This document shows positions 14,767 through 15,156 of a stretch of DNA of 15,156 nucleotides, piece after piece. Origin of the DNA: Bdellovibrionales bacterium (GTDB lineage Bacteria > Bdellovibrionota > Bdellovibrionia > Bdellovibrionales > UBA1609); contig JBFWVI010000065.1 in assembly GCA_050246815.1 (NCBI GenBank), forward strand, positions 1-15,156, given 5' to 3'. The position numbers were made by a program, and so were the translations under genes. Position 1 is the first letter of the stretch. Every line of letters begins with the position of its first letter. A model generated the notes under the pieces. The model saw only the letters and a list, made by a program, of their open reading frames with translations. It did no database searches and was not told the origin of the DNA.

Positions 14767-15156
14767 TTAAGCGCTCCTTTCGCAAACCACATACCATGTC
14801 GGCCGACGGCGCTGATTGTGTTTGGGGTTCATACGGTAAAGAAGAGCATCCACCCAACTGCTGGCGGATTCAACGGCACCGCATTGACTCAAACTTGTGC
14901 GCTGCAAAGCCAGTTGATCCAGTTCAGTTTTAAATTGTGGGTTCGAGGTCAAAAGTGCAACGGCTCCCCACTCTTCATGCCCCTTCAGAGCCTGATCCAC
15001 GTGTTCGCTCTTAAGTACCTGCTCAACAACGATCACCTGACTAGGTGGACGTACAAAATAATCTTTGATCCTGCTTTGGCTAAGTAGAGATTCACGGTCC
15101 AAAAAACCCACCGCAGGATGTCGCTTCGTAATCAACGCCGCCGGGCCGATCTCGCC
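14767..15156 (-). CDS. C-terminal part of an unidentified protein (runs off the window edge)
   Basis: Frame is open from the window end (GEIGPAALITKRHP...WYVVCERSA*) and its stop lies 1 nt before the PAP2 start, suggesting an operon. No family recognised. Confidence 0.6.
   Translation of the reverse strand, partial: GEIGPAALITKRHPAVGFLDRESLLSQSRIKDYFVRPPSQVIVVEQVLKSEHVDQALKGHEEWGAVALLTSNPQFKTELDQLALQRTSLSQCGAVESASSWVDALLYRMNPKHNQRRRPTWYVVCERSA

Overview
Bacterial chromosomal window, most likely from a Bdellovibrionota-like predatory bacterium. That assignment is inferred from the TIGR02147/DUF4423-type HTH regulator, the many secreted orphan proteins and lipoproteins, and the hydrolase content. 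It starts inside a tRNA-Gly(GCC) with a non-canonical T-loop. Next come a frameshifted, truncated nucleotidyltransferase-like remnant and a secreted orphan with methyltransferase-like motifs, probably a decayed tRNA-linked islet. The remaining genes are: a lipoprotein divergent from the HTH regulator with a triple operator-like repeat between them; a membrane plus secreted orphan pair; a GDT1/UPF0016 half-transporter back-to-back with nhaA; an outer-membrane barrel gene coupled to a QEGLA/MATCAP-like metallopeptidase; a large lipoprotein S8 protease; an HNH nuclease with no canonical start codon; a helical lipoprotein; an astacin protease; a PAP2 phosphatase; and a partial ORF. The main non-coding signal is three sigma54-type promoters in front of orphan envelope genes, two with phased 15-bp GT-N11-AC-type boxes upstream. 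No CRISPR array, integrase or transposase is visible.
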